Shown here piece by piece: positions 63,701-64,000 of a DNA stretch of 64,000 nt. Where the stretch lies: NCBI GenBank assembly GCA_903813345.2, contig CAIIXF020000001.1, forward strand, positions 15,748,001-15,812,000. Reading direction: 5' to 3'. Under the pieces are notes generated by a model. The model was not told the DNA's origin. It saw only the letters and a program-made list of their open reading frames with translations, and ran no database searches. The position numbers were made by a program, and so were the translations under genes. Numbering within the stretch: the stretch's first letter is position 1; every line of letters starts with the position of its first letter. Origin of the DNA: Owenia fusiformis (Eukaryota).

Positions 63701-64000
63701 ATTAGAGAGATTTCGCACATAAGTGAAAGTACAACTTATACGTATACGTATAGTTTAAAGGGTCATGTCGAACTATTATATTTACTAAAATCAATTTTAA
63801 ATTGTACTTCATGGAACATAACTATTCTGTTATAGAAAAGCTCCATCAACTAGAGACTGTGAATGCACTGTCATCTGCATGTGTAGATTATGCACATTAT
63901 AATTAAATGCTTGCTTCCGTGTCCTAGTTGTTGTAGTGTATTATAAACACGATTCTTTAAAGTGAGTCATGATTCTTTAAAGTGAGTCATTACATAAACA

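Noticed and set aside
63481..63720. ORF with FDLVILDGQ repeats; also possible CRISPR array
   Set aside because: Translation of a head-to-tail 27-bp satellite with no spacers.

Overview
AT-rich, intron-containing animal genomic DNA. An invertebrate, plausibly lophotrochozoan, origin is inferred from gene content only. Three genes could be assembled by hand with GT-AG junctions that keep reading phase; a fourth is seen only as one large exon. (1) An uncharacterised acidic, disordered protein with a C-terminal transmembrane helix, seen as one ~2.5 kb exon (minus, 8011-10495). (2) A 9-exon hillarin/KY-like gene (LIM + coiled coil + catalytically dead transglutaminase-like domain + Ig-like repeats; plus, 19712-33309, ~985 aa). 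(3) A TUT4/TUT7-type terminal uridylyltransferase (plus, 20 coding exons from 41124, no stop found in the window). (4) A complete 6-exon 2-oxoglutarate/Fe(II) dioxygenase (minus, 56335-61725) that appears to lie antisense inside a TUT4/7 intron. Introns and intergenic DNA are dense in non-autonomous DNA transposons, many with readable target-site duplications (Tc1/mariner-, hAT-, Harbinger-, Kolobok-, piggyBac-, Academ- and Transib-like signatures). Several are near-complete palindromes or nested, and there are multiple minisatellites. No CRISPR, rRNA or tRNA is supported. All coordinates come from manual reading; no alignments or database searches were run.
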